A stretch of DNA of 64,000 nt. Source: an uncultured Spirochaetaceae bacterium. Lineage in GTDB: Bacteria; Spirochaetota; Spirochaetia; DSM-27196; PWMO01. The stretch lies in the NCBI GenBank assembly GCA_964654185.1, contig CAZZIE010000001.1:391-64390 (forward strand), written 5' to 3'. The translations under genes were made by a program, and so were the position numbers. Positions 54,694 to 64,000 of this stretch are shown piece after piece. Each line of letters starts with the position of its first letter. The first letter of the stretch is position 1. The notes beneath the pieces are model-generated. The model was not told the origin of the DNA. It searched no databases and saw only the letters and a program-made list of their open reading frames with translations.

Positions 54694-56382
54694 TTGCGCA
54701 GCCCCGCAACGGCACCCCGCGCCGAAGCGTTGCGCAGCCCCGCCAGGGTACAGCGCCTTGTACCGGCATGCCTTCGCGGAGCGATCGCCGTGAGGTGGCT
54801 GCTGTGCCTGCTTGCCCTGGCACCGGTTCTGGCCCCTGCGCCGTTGGTGTCGGTCCTGGCGGAGGAGGTGGCAGCGTACCGCACGCTCGCGGCGCAGGGT
54901 CTGCGGGTGCAGCAAAGACTGACGATGGAGGAGGTAAGCGTGGGAACGGAGCTACTCATTGCAGAGCGAGAGCACGGCAAGCTCGTGCTCCGGCCGTCTT
55001 CGACTCGACAGCCGGCCGGCGGATCGCCCGGCAAATCGAGCGGCGCGCGAGTAGCGGCAAGGGCTGCGCGGGGAGTTGAGGTGCCGATATGCATGGCGGG
55101 CCCGGACACAGAAGTCTCCATACTGGACGGTCGGCGCCGACGGTACGAGGTGACGACAAGTCCGGTAGAAGCGGACTTCCCCCTTCGTACGTGCCGCGAC
55201 GAGGTGGTTGAATCAACCCGTGAGTGGCGCGGCCGGCGCCGTCGGGTGAGTACCCTGCAAAGCGTTCTCCGGGAGTATCGGGAGCTTGAGCCCGCCGCCG
55301 ACCTCATGAGCGCGGCAACCCTTCTGGAGCTGGTGAACCGCGACCGCCTCGATCAAAGGGCTCATGATGTCGAACCAACCCGACGCCACGCCGTCGCGCT
55401 CGTAGCGGCGACGTGGTTCACCGTTGTGGCCCACCAGGGCAGGCGCGTCCTGGACGTCCGATCCGATTCGATTGTCGCGGAACAGACCGACTTCGATGTC
55501 GATGCCGACGCGCCGGCCCCTGGGTCCACCGCCTCCGACACTGCGATCCTGCTCCGGGAGCAACTCGAGCGCTGCCTGGATCAGATCTATCATGCGGCGT
55601 TCCGGGAGGCGGGACTGGAGCTGCTTGTTACGCAAGAGGCACTGCTTCCGCGCGTAGAGACGGTCTTTCCCGGCGCCGCAATTGCAACTCTCGGAGAGCG
55701 GCTGGCGGCCCGCCCTGACGGTCACAATCCTTCCAGCGTAGACCGGAGGATGCACACGAAGTGGCAGGGGCCGCACCATCGAGGGGCCCGCCCGACGCCG
55801 CAGCGACCGACCTGGGGGATGATCGACTTTCCGTCCCCGCACCGGGCCCGCCGGCGACGTGCGGGAAGGAGTGCTGCCGCCGGAGCGGTGCTGATGCCGG
55901 TTGCGGCATCCCTTGCCGTAACGGGCTTCCCGGGGTTCGGACAGGCCGGCGGCGCCGGGCCGGCAGCCTCGTCTACCCCGGAATGCCACGTCATGGCATC
56001 GACCGGACAGGGGGACCCGACGCATCCCGAGGGGCAAGCGCCGCCGGCATCGCAGATCGCCGATACGCACGAGCGGGCGCTACAACCGCCGGAGAGAGCG
56101 CCCGACGGCGAGGTCGGGGAACCGGTAGAGCAGATGGAGGTATCTGCGCCGGCGGCCGCTGCTGAGCCTGGCGATGTCCCCGGCCCGCCGGGCCCTCCGG
56201 AACCGCGCTTTGCCTTTGCGGGAACGGGCACGACCGGCGAGGGTGAGCGCGTCTGGTACTTCGTTGATGGAGCTACCCGTCGGGTCGTCGCCGTGACGAG
56301 CGACGCAGCGGGGGATGATGAAGGCAGATCCGCCGACGAAGGGACTGGAGACGGAACACATGCGGGCGACGGCGACCTCTAG
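54694..56382 (+). CDS. hypothetical protein (possible assembly-platform component); start uncertain
   Basis: 562-aa ORF. It has a hydrophobic segment near the N-terminus (VRWLLCLLALAPVLAPAP), a second TM-like segment (AVLMPVAASLAVTGFPGF), and an acidic Gly/Pro-rich tail. No motif recognised. Confidence 0.4.
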   Translation: MRSPATAPRAEALRSPARVQRLVPACLRGAIAVRWLLCLLALAPVLAPAPLVSVLAEEVAAYRTLAAQGLRVQQRLTMEEVSVGTELLIAEREHGKLVLRPSSTRQPAGGSPGKSSGARVAARAARGVEVPICMAGPDTEVSILDGRRRRYEVTTSPVEADFPLRTCRDEVVESTREWRGRRRRVSTLQSVLREYRELEPAADLMSAATLLELVNRDRLDQRAHDVEPTRRHAVALVAATWFTVVAHQGRRVLDVRSDSIVAEQTDFDVDADAPAPGSTASDTAILLREQLERCLDQIYHAAFREAGLELLVTQEALLPRVETVFPGAAIATLGERLAARPDGHNPSSVDRRMHTKWQGPHHRGARPTPQRPTWGMIDFPSPHRARRRRAGRSAAAGAVLMPVAASLAVTGFPGFGQAGGAGPAASSTPECHVMASTGQGDPTHPEGQAPPASQIADTHERALQPPERAPDGEVGEPVEQMEVSAPAAAAEPGDVPGPPGPPEPRFAFAGTGTTGEGERVWYFVDGATRRVVAVTSDAAGDDEGRSADEGTGDGTHAGDGDL

Positions 56383-57052
56383 TGCGTCGAGTAGTGCGTC
56401 GAGTGCGTCCTTCCTGAGTAGGTTTTTCCTGGCGGGGCTGATGCTCCTCGTGATCTCGGCGTGCTCTACTCAGCACAGCTACGTCGGGAGCTTCCGGAAG
56501 GCCGACCTCTCCGGGGCCGTGTACGGAGCTACCGCCGACGGGGCGCCCCGGGGAGGACTATCCGGTGCTCGTGTCGCGCTGGACGGCGGAGAGTCGGTCA
56601 TCGCGGACTCACGGGGACGCTTTCTGATCCCGAATGTGCGGATTGGTCGGCACCGCCTCCAGGTCAGTCGTGACGGATACATCCCGGTGGACCGAGAGAT
56701 AGAGTTCCTCAATCGCTCTCAAGTTGTCTACGTGAGGCTGGTCAGGTTGGATGAGGCGGTCGCCGAGATTGTCGCTGATCTTGCATCAGCAGAGAATGGG
56801 CTGTCGTCGGACGGCGCGAGCATTCGCCGCCGCGCCCTCTCCGTGGTGCGGGCCGACCCGCGGAACCCCGTCGCACGATTCGCATTGGCTGCACTAGCTC
56901 TGGAGACGGGTAGGCCGCATGAAGCGGCCTACCACCTCTCCCGGATGTCGCCGAAGTACCGGGCGACCCCGAACGTGCAGGAGATCGAGGATCGAGCCCT
57001 TGCCGCTCGCTTCCTACGGGCGGGGCAGACTACGCGGGAAAGGTCCCCATGA
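56360..57052 (+). CDS. lipoprotein with a carboxypeptidase-regulatory-like beta-sandwich domain and a helical tail
   Basis: Lipobox LMLLVISAC. GRFLIPNVRIGRHRLQVSRDGYIPVDREIEF is typical of CarboxypepD_reg-like domains. An alternative start is at 56315. Confidence 0.55.
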   Translation: MRATATSSASSSASSASFLSRFFLAGLMLLVISACSTQHSYVGSFRKADLSGAVYGATADGAPRGGLSGARVALDGGESVIADSRGRFLIPNVRIGRHRLQVSRDGYIPVDREIEFLNRSQVVYVRLVRLDEAVAEIVADLASAENGLSSDGASIRRRALSVVRADPRNPVARFALAALALETGRPHEAAYHLSRMSPKYRATPNVQEIEDRALAARFLRAGQTTRERSP

Positions 57053-57461
57053 GCTCCGCCTCCGCCAGGACGTGGCCCTGCATGGCCTGATCGAGGTCGC
57101 GGCGACCCGCCCCCTTCGACAGGCCGAGCCTGGTGTCCAGTGCGTAGAGTTTGAAGTAGTAGCGGTGCGTCCCCGAGGGAGGGCAGGGTCCGCCGTACTG
57201 CGCCTTTCCGAAGTCGTTCTTACCCGGTGTGCCCGGTTCGGTCGCTTCCGGAATCTCGGACGTGGCCGGATCAATGTCCCAGGACAGCCAGTGCTGGAAG
57301 GTCTTGCCCGGGGCGTCCGGATCCTCGCAGATCAGAACCAGGCTCTGCGCCGTGGGTGGAACATCCTGGATCCGGAGCGGAGGGCTGAGGTTGCTGCCCT
57401 TGCAACTGTACCTGGCCGGAATCTCGCCTTCATGTGCGAATGCTGTGCTCTGTAGAATCAT
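57030..57461 (-). CDS. YbhB/YbcL (PEBP/Raf-kinase-inhibitor-like) family protein
   Basis: 143 aa from ATG 57461 (AGGAGG RBS). Family blocks are CEDPDAP, HW and GPCPPSGTHRYYFKLYAL. The ORF-track extension to 57830 is not supported. Confidence 0.85.
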   Translation of the reverse strand: MILQSTAFAHEGEIPARYSCKGSNLSPPLRIQDVPPTAQSLVLICEDPDAPGKTFQHWLSWDIDPATSEIPEATEPGTPGKNDFGKAQYGGPCPPSGTHRYYFKLYALDTRLGLSKGAGRRDLDQAMQGHVLAEAELMGTFPA

Positions 57462-57841
57462 GGGTAACCTCCTGAGTCGCGCGATCAGTACCGCGCCTTC
57501 TTTCAGTGTGCCAACAACAAGGGCGCCGGGCAAAGGTTGATAAGTGGCCCGAACCTTGGGGAAACCTGCGACCAGCCGTCGCTGGAACAGCCCCGCAGGC
57601 GAGGGATGCCCCGCAGACGAGGGGTGTCCCGGGGGCGCCGCGCAACGGGTGGGATGCGGGAATGTGGGACGACCCTGTGCGCAGCAGTCTCCGGTGTAAA
57701 CGCAATGGATTATTCCCTGAGCTCGGTAGGGCTCCGTAGCCTTGTATTGCAGGGGCGCGTGCCGAACGGCGTGTGCCGAACGGCGGTGGCCGAGTTGCGT
57801 CGCGCGTCGGCGTCGTCTCTCAAGATGCAAGGGAGGTCCCC

Positions 57842-60808
57842 ATGTTTACCGCGCTCGCGCTTGTATGGATTCTACTCTTCGCCATTCCGCTGATTCGTAC
57901 GCTACGAGCGGTGTCGAAGGAGCGGCTCAGCAATCCCGGTGCAGCCGTCATTCGGTCGTCGGCGATCCTCGGTGGCGGCATTGTCTTACTCATCGTCATA
58001 AATGTGCTCTTCGGGATTGTTACCGAGTACTTCTGGTATCAGAATCTCGGCTTCGCGAGCCGGTACACGACTGAGATCTGGACGAAAATCGGACTGTTTC
58101 TCGGCGCCTTCGTGATCGCGCTGCTCTTTCTGAGCTGGAACTACATTCACGGGCTGCGGAGCGTTCGGCCGCAGGGGAACCGGATTGTGCCCTTTGCGGG
58201 CGCCTTCATTTTCGCCGTCATCATGGGCTCCTGGGCGGCCGGACTGTGGGAGGAGCTGTTGCTCTACCTCAACCAGACCCGGAGCGCCGTGACCGAGCCC
58301 ATCTTCAACCGGCCGACCAACTTCTACCTGTTTTCACTCTCCTTTTATCAGGCGATCGTCGGCTGGTTGATGTTTCTGATCATCGTAGCGGCGATAGGCT
58401 CCTTCGTCTCCGCCTCCGCGGGGATTGCGCAGCGGGCGCGCGAAGGCGCATTTCAGGACGCTCTGCTCCGGCACGCGCCCATCCGTCGGCAGCTGACCGG
58501 TCTCCTGGCGGTATTCTTTCTGGTCCTCGCCTGGAACGCCTACCTTGGCATCTACGAGCTTCTCTTCAGCACAGCCGGTGTGGTCACCGGCGCCGGCTGG
58601 ACCGACATCAACGTCCGGCAGTACGCCTACTACATAACCGTCGGGATCTACCTTGCCGCGGCGATCGTGTCGATTTGGAGCGTCTTTCAGCCCCGGCTCG
58701 GCAGAAGGATCCTCGGTATCCAGCACGCCTCCGACGGAGCGATCGCAGCGACCAGACGGACGATATGGCTGCCCGTTGCCGTCATTGCCGTCCTGTTCAC
58801 CGCCAATACGATCGTGCCGGCGGGCTTCGCCAGCTTCGTGGTTGATCCGAACCAGATCACTCTGGAGGCGCCCTACATTGAGCACAACATCAATTTCACT
58901 CGGCGCGCTTTCAACATAGACGAAGAGATAGTCGATTCCCGGCGCTACCCGGTAGGGAGAGATATCACGCCCGAGGTGGTCGACGCCAACGAGGCGACCC
59001 TGCAGAACGTGCGGCTCTGGGATCCCGGGGCACTCAGGGATAACCTGCAGCAGCAACAGGAGATTCGCCTCTACTACCAGTTTCACGACGTAGACATCGA
59101 CAGATATGAGATCGATGGTGAAGAGACCCAGGTCATGTTGAGCGTCCGGGAACTGGAGAAGTCGCAACTCGCGGCGAGGTCGCAAACCTGGGTGGGGCGT
59201 CATCTTATGTACACCCACGGGTACGGCCTGGTGCTGCTTCCGGCGCACGAGTTCCTCCCGCAGGGCGGTCCGAATCTGCTTATCAGAAGCGTCCCTCCCG
59301 AGTCCTCCATCGACATAACCATCGAGCGTCCCGAGATCTACTACGGGGAGCGGACAAACGACCACGTATACGTGAAGACCGACCAGGAGGAGTTCGACTA
59401 TCCGGCCGGGGATGAGAACGTCTTCACGACGTACCAGGGTGACGGCGGCGTCAACATTGGGTCGCCCCTCCGACGCTTCATGTACGCCTGGAAGTACGAC
59501 GCCCATAAGCAACTCTTTTCGGGGTACTTCAACGACGAGTCGCGGATCATGTTCGACCGGAACATTGTGGACCGTGTCCGCAAGCTCGCACCCTTCCTCA
59601 CCTTCGACCGGGACCCCTATCCGGTTATTACCGAGGACGGCCATGTGAAGTACATCATAGATGCGTACACGACGGCTCGGAACTATCCTTACGCCGAGCG
59701 CTATCAGGGTGAGCTTCGGACCTTCGCGGGTGAAAACTACATTCGCAACTCCGTAAAGGCGGTGGTGGATGCCTACGACGGGACGGTGCAGTTCTACGTC
59801 GTAGACCCGGACGACACGATCATAAGCACCTACCAGGGTGTCTTCCCGGGGCTCTTCCGGCCCTTGGATGCAATGCCGGATGATCTCAAGAACCACATTC
59901 GATACCCCGTCGACTATCTGACCGTGCAGGCGGACGTTTACAACACCTACCACATGACAAACGTCCAGGCCTTCTACCAGCGCGAAGACGTCTGGGAGTT
60001 CGCCACCGAACGCTACCGGGACAATTTCCAACGGGTGGAGCCCTACTACGTCATGTTGCAGCTTCCGGGCTCCGACGAGCCCGAGTTCGTCGCCATGCTT
60101 CCATTCACGCCCAAGGACAAGAACATCATCACTGCCTGGATGGCGGGGCGGAGCGACGTGCCCAACTACGGGAAGCTGCGCGTCTTCACCTTCCCCAAGG
60201 GTGTCGAAGTGCTCGGGCCGCGACAGATCGAAGCGCGCATCGACCAGGATGCGGAGATGTCCCAGCGTCTGAGTCTGTGGGGTCAGCGAGGCTCCGACAT
60301 CATTCGGGGCAATCTGCTGAGCATCCCGCTCTTCGCGGAGGAAGAGCTCTTCATGCTCTTCGTTGAGCCGATCTTCCTTCAGGCCGAGGGCGCCAGTCTT
60401 CCGGAAGTCAAGCGGATCGCCATGGCGGATCAGGATACAGTTATCTGGGCCGAACGGTTCCAGATGGCCCTGGAACGGCTCGTCGGTGAACGCCTGGCCA
60501 CCGGCGTTGAGGGACCTCACCTCCCGGATGATCAGCAACCCGCCGCTGCACCTGCGCCGACTGAGGCCATGAGTCCGGCGTTGCGGCAACTCATCAACGA
60601 CGCCGTCGACGCCTTCTCCAACTACAAGCAGAACATGGCGGACAACAACTTCGCCGAGGCGGGGAACAGCCTGGATGAGCTGAACTCACTCCTCGATCAG
60701 ATTGACGAGGAGACGACGACCGGCACCGGGGCCGGTGCAGGCGCCGGCACCGGCGGCGCCCCGGGCGGCCAGGGTGAGCCTGTCGGCGCCGGAACGAACG
60801 GCCAGTGA
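57842..60808 (+). CDS. UPF0182 family large membrane protein
   Basis: 988 aa from ATG 57842 (GGGAGG RBS). About 7 N-terminal TM segments are followed by a large soluble region with UPF0182-like blocks (NINFTRRAFNID, LWDPGAL, QEIRLYYQFHDVD, YPYAERY). It has a Gly/Ala/Thr-rich tail. Confidence 0.75.
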   Translation: MFTALALVWILLFAIPLIRTLRAVSKERLSNPGAAVIRSSAILGGGIVLLIVINVLFGIVTEYFWYQNLGFASRYTTEIWTKIGLFLGAFVIALLFLSWNYIHGLRSVRPQGNRIVPFAGAFIFAVIMGSWAAGLWEELLLYLNQTRSAVTEPIFNRPTNFYLFSLSFYQAIVGWLMFLIIVAAIGSFVSASAGIAQRAREGAFQDALLRHAPIRRQLTGLLAVFFLVLAWNAYLGIYELLFSTAGVVTGAGWTDINVRQYAYYITVGIYLAAAIVSIWSVFQPRLGRRILGIQHASDGAIAATRRTIWLPVAVIAVLFTANTIVPAGFASFVVDPNQITLEAPYIEHNINFTRRAFNIDEEIVDSRRYPVGRDITPEVVDANEATLQNVRLWDPGALRDNLQQQQEIRLYYQFHDVDIDRYEIDGEETQVMLSVRELEKSQLAARSQTWVGRHLMYTHGYGLVLLPAHEFLPQGGPNLLIRSVPPESSIDITIERPEIYYGERTNDHVYVKTDQEEFDYPAGDENVFTTYQGDGGVNIGSPLRRFMYAWKYDAHKQLFSGYFNDESRIMFDRNIVDRVRKLAPFLTFDRDPYPVITEDGHVKYIIDAYTTARNYPYAERYQGELRTFAGENYIRNSVKAVVDAYDGTVQFYVVDPDDTIISTYQGVFPGLFRPLDAMPDDLKNHIRYPVDYLTVQADVYNTYHMTNVQAFYQREDVWEFATERYRDNFQRVEPYYVMLQLPGSDEPEFVAMLPFTPKDKNIITAWMAGRSDVPNYGKLRVFTFPKGVEVLGPRQIEARIDQDAEMSQRLSLWGQRGSDIIRGNLLSIPLFAEEELFMLFVEPIFLQAEGASLPEVKRIAMADQDTVIWAERFQMALERLVGERLATGVEGPHLPDDQQPAAAPAPTEAMSPALRQLINDAVDAFSNYKQNMADNNFAEAGNSLDELNSLLDQIDEETTTGTGAGAGAGTGGAPGGQGEPVGAGTNGQ

Positions 60809-60869
60809 GGTTTGAAGAGGAACACAGGCGCTCGCGCAGGCGGACAGGCGCAGAATCAGGAGCGATCAA

Positions 60870-63158
60870 ATGAGCACGACAGCAGCCGACCCAGGTACCA
60901 TCACCCTGCAGGTAGCCGGCGCCCGATCCAACGATGTTGGGAAGGGCATCTGCCGGATGCCGCGGGAACAACTGAGAGAGCTCGGAATCGAAGAGGGAGG
61001 CATAATCTCCATTGACGGTAAGCGACAGACTGCGGCCGTTGCCATTCCTCCCTACGACGAAGACGAGGGGCTGGACATCGTTCGGCTTGACGGCCTCCAG
61101 CGGGCGAACGCCAACGTCAGCATTGGTGACAGCGTTCAGATCGCGAAGGCCGACGTGAAGCCGGCGACGCGGATCATTGTCGCCCCGGCGCAGCAGAACG
61201 TACAGCTCGCCGGCAGCGGCGATGCTCTGATGCAGACCCTGTATCACCGTCCGCTGGTGGCCGGTGACGTCATCTCAACCTCCGTCTATCGGCGCGAGCC
61301 CGGCATGCAGGAAGGCGCCTTTCCGAGTGACATCTTCCGCAGCTTCTTCGAGCAGCGCACCTACGGGCTCTTCGAGATGCGACTCATCGTCGTTTCCACG
61401 GCGCCGCAGGGGATTGTGCAGGTGACGGAGGACACGGAGATCGAGATCCGGCCGCGCTACCAGGAACCGGAAGAGCCCCGGAAGATCGATGTGACCTACG
61501 ACGACATCGGCGGCGTCGGCAACACGATCGAGCAGGTCCGTGAGATGATCGAGCTCCCGCTGAAGCATCCCGAGCTATTCCAGCGCCTCGGCATCGATCC
61601 TCCCAAGGGGGTGTTGCTTCACGGGCCGCCGGGCACGGGCAAGACCCTGCTGGCCCGGGCGGTGGCGAACGAGTCCGACGCGAGTTTCTCCATGATCAAC
61701 GGGCCGGAGATCATGGGTAAGTACTACGGTGAGAGCGAGGAGCGCCTGCGAAAGATCTTTGAAGACGCCCAGAAGCAGGCGCCTGCAATCATCTTCATTG
61801 ACGAGCTCGACTCCATTGCACCCAAGCGGGGCAACGTCTCCGGAGAGGTGGAGCGGCGCGTCGTTGCGCAACTCCTGACGCTCCTCGACGGTCTTGAGGC
61901 GCGGGAGAACGTGATCGTCATTGCCGCGACGAACCGCGTCGACGACGTCGACGAGGCGCTGCGTCGTCCCGGCCGCTTCGACAGAGAGATTGTGATCGAT
62001 GTCCCCGACTATCGAGGTCGCCGCGAGATCATGAACATCCACACCCGCGGCATGCCTCTGGCCGAAGACGTCGACCTGGAGCAGTTGTCCCGTACGACCT
62101 TTGGTTTCGTCGGCGCGGACATCGCCTCCCTGAGCAGAGAGGCGGCGATCGAGTCCCTCCGGCGCAATCTTCCGGAGATCAACCTGGACGAGGATCCCAT
62201 TCCTCAGGAGGCGCTCCAGAAGCTGGAGGTGACCCACCACGACTTTCTCAACGCCCTCCGTCGCATCCAGCCGTCGGCGCTGCGGGAGGTGATGATTCAG
62301 GCCCCCGATACATCCTGGGACGACATCGGTGGGCTCGAAGAGGTGAAGCAGTCCCTTCGTGAGGGCATTGAGCTTCCCATCAAGGAGCCCGACTCCTTCC
62401 GGCGACTCGGAATACGTCCGCCCAAGGGCTTCCTCTTCTTCGGCCCGCCGGGAACGGGAAAGACACTCCTTGCCAAGGCCGTTGCCAAGCGCTCGGAGGC
62501 GAACTTCATCTCTGCGAAGTCTTCGAGCCTGCTGTCCAAGTGGTACGGCGAGAGCGAGAAGCAGATCAGTCAGCTCTTCCACCGGGCGCGGCAGGTGGCG
62601 CCGTCGGTCGTCCTGATCGACGAGATCGATTCACTCGCCCCGCAGCGCGGCGCCGGCTACGGCGACGTGAGCGTCACCGAGCGGGTGGTCAACTCCCTCC
62701 TTGCCGAGATGGACGGACTCGAGGAGCTCCAGGGAGTCGTCGTGATCGGTGTGACGAACCGCCCCATGCTCCTCGACCGTGCGCTCCTTCGTCCCGGTCG
62801 CTTTGACGAGCTGGTATACGTACCGATCCCGGACAAGGACGGGCGCCGCCGCATTCTCGAGATTCACACCTCCGAGATGCCTCTGGCCGACGATGTGGAC
62901 CTGGACAGTCTGGCTGAGCGCACGGAGCGCTATACCGGGGCGGATCTTGAGAATCTGGTTCGCCGGGCGGGGCTGCACGGGCTGCGCGCTTCCCTGGACA
63001 CGGAGGAGGTTCCCATGAGCTTCTTCGAGGAGGCGCTCAAGGAGACGCATCCGTCGGTGTCTCAGGAAACCCTCGACTACTACAAGCGCACCGCCGAGGA
63101 GCTCAAGCAGGAGAAACCCGAACGCGGGCGTATCGGCTTCACCGCGCAGCAGCAGTAG
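60870..63158 (+). CDS. CDC48/VCP-type AAA+ ATPase (N-domain plus D1 and D2)
   Basis: 762 aa. It has a CDC48-like N-domain ([27 protein letters not shown] ... [19 protein letters not shown]). Each of two AAA modules has GPPGTGKT, a DE Walker B (IIFIDELD / VVLIDEID) and a second region of homology. Confidence 0.85.
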   Translation: MSTTAADPGTITLQVAGARSNDVGKGICRMPREQLRELGIEEGGIISIDGKRQTAAVAIPPYDEDEGLDIVRLDGLQRANANVSIGDSVQIAKADVKPATRIIVAPAQQNVQLAGSGDALMQTLYHRPLVAGDVISTSVYRREPGMQEGAFPSDIFRSFFEQRTYGLFEMRLIVVSTAPQGIVQVTEDTEIEIRPRYQEPEEPRKIDVTYDDIGGVGNTIEQVREMIELPLKHPELFQRLGIDPPKGVLLHGPPGTGKTLLARAVANESDASFSMINGPEIMGKYYGESEERLRKIFEDAQKQAPAIIFIDELDSIAPKRGNVSGEVERRVVAQLLTLLDGLEARENVIVIAATNRVDDVDEALRRPGRFDREIVIDVPDYRGRREIMNIHTRGMPLAEDVDLEQLSRTTFGFVGADIASLSREAAIESLRRNLPEINLDEDPIPQEALQKLEVTHHDFLNALRRIQPSALREVMIQAPDTSWDDIGGLEEVKQSLREGIELPIKEPDSFRRLGIRPPKGFLFFGPPGTGKTLLAKAVAKRSEANFISAKSSSLLSKWYGESEKQISQLFHRARQVAPSVVLIDEIDSLAPQRGAGYGDVSVTERVVNSLLAEMDGLEELQGVVVIGVTNRPMLLDRALLRPGRFDELVYVPIPDKDGRRRILEIHTSEMPLADDVDLDSLAERTERYTGADLENLVRRAGLHGLRASLDTEEVPMSFFEEALKETHPSVSQETLDYYKRTAEELKQEKPERGRIGFTAQQQ

Positions 63159-63171
63159 GGGGCCGGTTCCG

Positions 63172-64000
63172 TCAACCAGGCTGGTGCGGGCGTTCGGGCG
63201 CTCCGATATCCCGCCGAAAGTAGACCCCGTCGAAGTGAAGGTTCTCGATGTCGCGGTAGGCGGTCTCTCGCGCCCTCTGCAGGTCCCGGCCCAGGCCCGT
63301 AACCGTCAGGACGCGTCCGCCGCTGGTAATCAGGGCGGAGTCCGCCACCTCCGCACCGGCCACGAACACCGGGCTCTGGATGTCGGCGGGAATCGTGATC
63401 GGGTTTCCCTTCCGGTAGGTGCCGGGGTATCCGCCGGAGGCGGCGACTACCGCGCACGCCGCGCCGTCGCTCCAGCGGGCGTGGGTCCGTATGGCCTCTT
63501 CGAGACCGCCGCGGGCGGTGGCCTCCAGCAACTCGGCGAGGTCCCCCTCCAGTAACGGAAGGAGGGCCTGCGCTTCCGGATCGCCCAGGCGGACGTTGTA
63601 CTCCAGCACCTGCGGGCCCGAGGCGGTCACCATGATGCCGATGAAGAGAAAGCCGCGGTAGTTCCACTTCTCCCGTCGCATACCGACAATGGTCGGCTGG
63701 ATGACCTCGTGGTCGATCCGGTCGGCGAAGGCGGCGTCGACGTTCGGGTGGGGTGCGACCACTCCCATGCCGCCGGTATTCGGGCCGGTATCTCCATCTC
63801 CAATGCGCTTGTGATCCTTCGCGGCGGGGAAGGTGAGGTAGGCGGTGCCGTCGGTAAGGAGGATCACGCTTGCTTCGAAGCCCGTGAGCATTTCTTCGAG
63901 GACGAGGATCGAGCCCGCCTCGCCGAAGCGCCCTTCGATCATGGCCGCGGCGACTGCGCCGCGCGCCTCCGCTACCGATTCAGCCACGACGACGCCCTTG
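63172..64000 (-). CDS. purD: phosphoribosylamine--glycine ligase, C-terminal part (gene runs off the window)
   Basis: PurD-like blocks are present (ILVLEEMLTGFEASV, AKDHKRIGDGDTGPNTGGMG, GVYFRRDIG). The reading frame is open to position 64000. Confidence 0.85.
   Translation of the reverse strand, partial: KGVVVAESVAEARGAVAAAMIEGRFGEAGSILVLEEMLTGFEASVILLTDGTAYLTFPAAKDHKRIGDGDTGPNTGGMGVVAPHPNVDAAFADRIDHEVIQPTIVGMRREKWNYRGFLFIGIMVTASGPQVLEYNVRLGDPEAQALLPLLEGDLAELLEATARGGLEEAIRTHARWSDGAACAVVAASGGYPGTYRKGNPITIPADIQSPVFVAGAEVADSALITSGGRVLTVTGLGRDLQRARETAYRDIENLHFDGVYFRRDIGAPERPHQPG

Overview
High-GC (roughly 65%) bacterial chromosomal segment. The organism is diderm, judging by lipobox lipoproteins, a secretin and a fimbrial usher. 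I cannot fix the phylum from sequence alone. I call about 47 protein genes, no rRNA or tRNA, no CRISPR, and no transposase or integrase. Housekeeping genes are hisS, a PlsC-like acyltransferase, aceE-aceF, prs, coaX and a purD fragment. Six accessory modules sit among them. (1) 23.8-30.4 kb: an NtrC-type sigma-54 activator, a textbook -24/-12 promoter, and a Csu/SCPU-type chaperone-usher pilus operon. (2) 31.0-42.6 kb: a translationally coupled operon of a lipoprotein, a C11 (clostripain-fold) peptidase lipoprotein and a 2479-aa signal-peptide RHS/YD toxin. The toxin has an unassigned low-GC C-terminal domain, and a secreted FGE-sulfatase-fold protein follows it in the immunity position. I rate this the best candidate for an undescribed system. 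(3) 44.8-47.8 kb: KaiC (with a coiled-coil tail), KaiB and a PAS histidine kinase, with no KaiA. (4) 48.8-57.1 kb: a minimal T2SS/T4P-like cluster whose first ORF joins a complete A24 prepilin-peptidase domain to a secretin in one reading frame, plus a pseudopilin with a long repeat-built leader. (5) 6.06-10.2 kb: a promoter, a 32-codon Cys-rich ORF and two intrinsic terminators directly upstream of a heterodimeric ABC exporter pair. (6) 57.8-63.2 kb: a UPF0182 membrane protein and a CDC48-type double-AAA ATPase. Across the window, conserved proteins carry in-frame Ala/Gly/Pro-rich insertions and there are many short perfect tandem duplications. All calls rest on reading the translations and the DNA; no database search was run.
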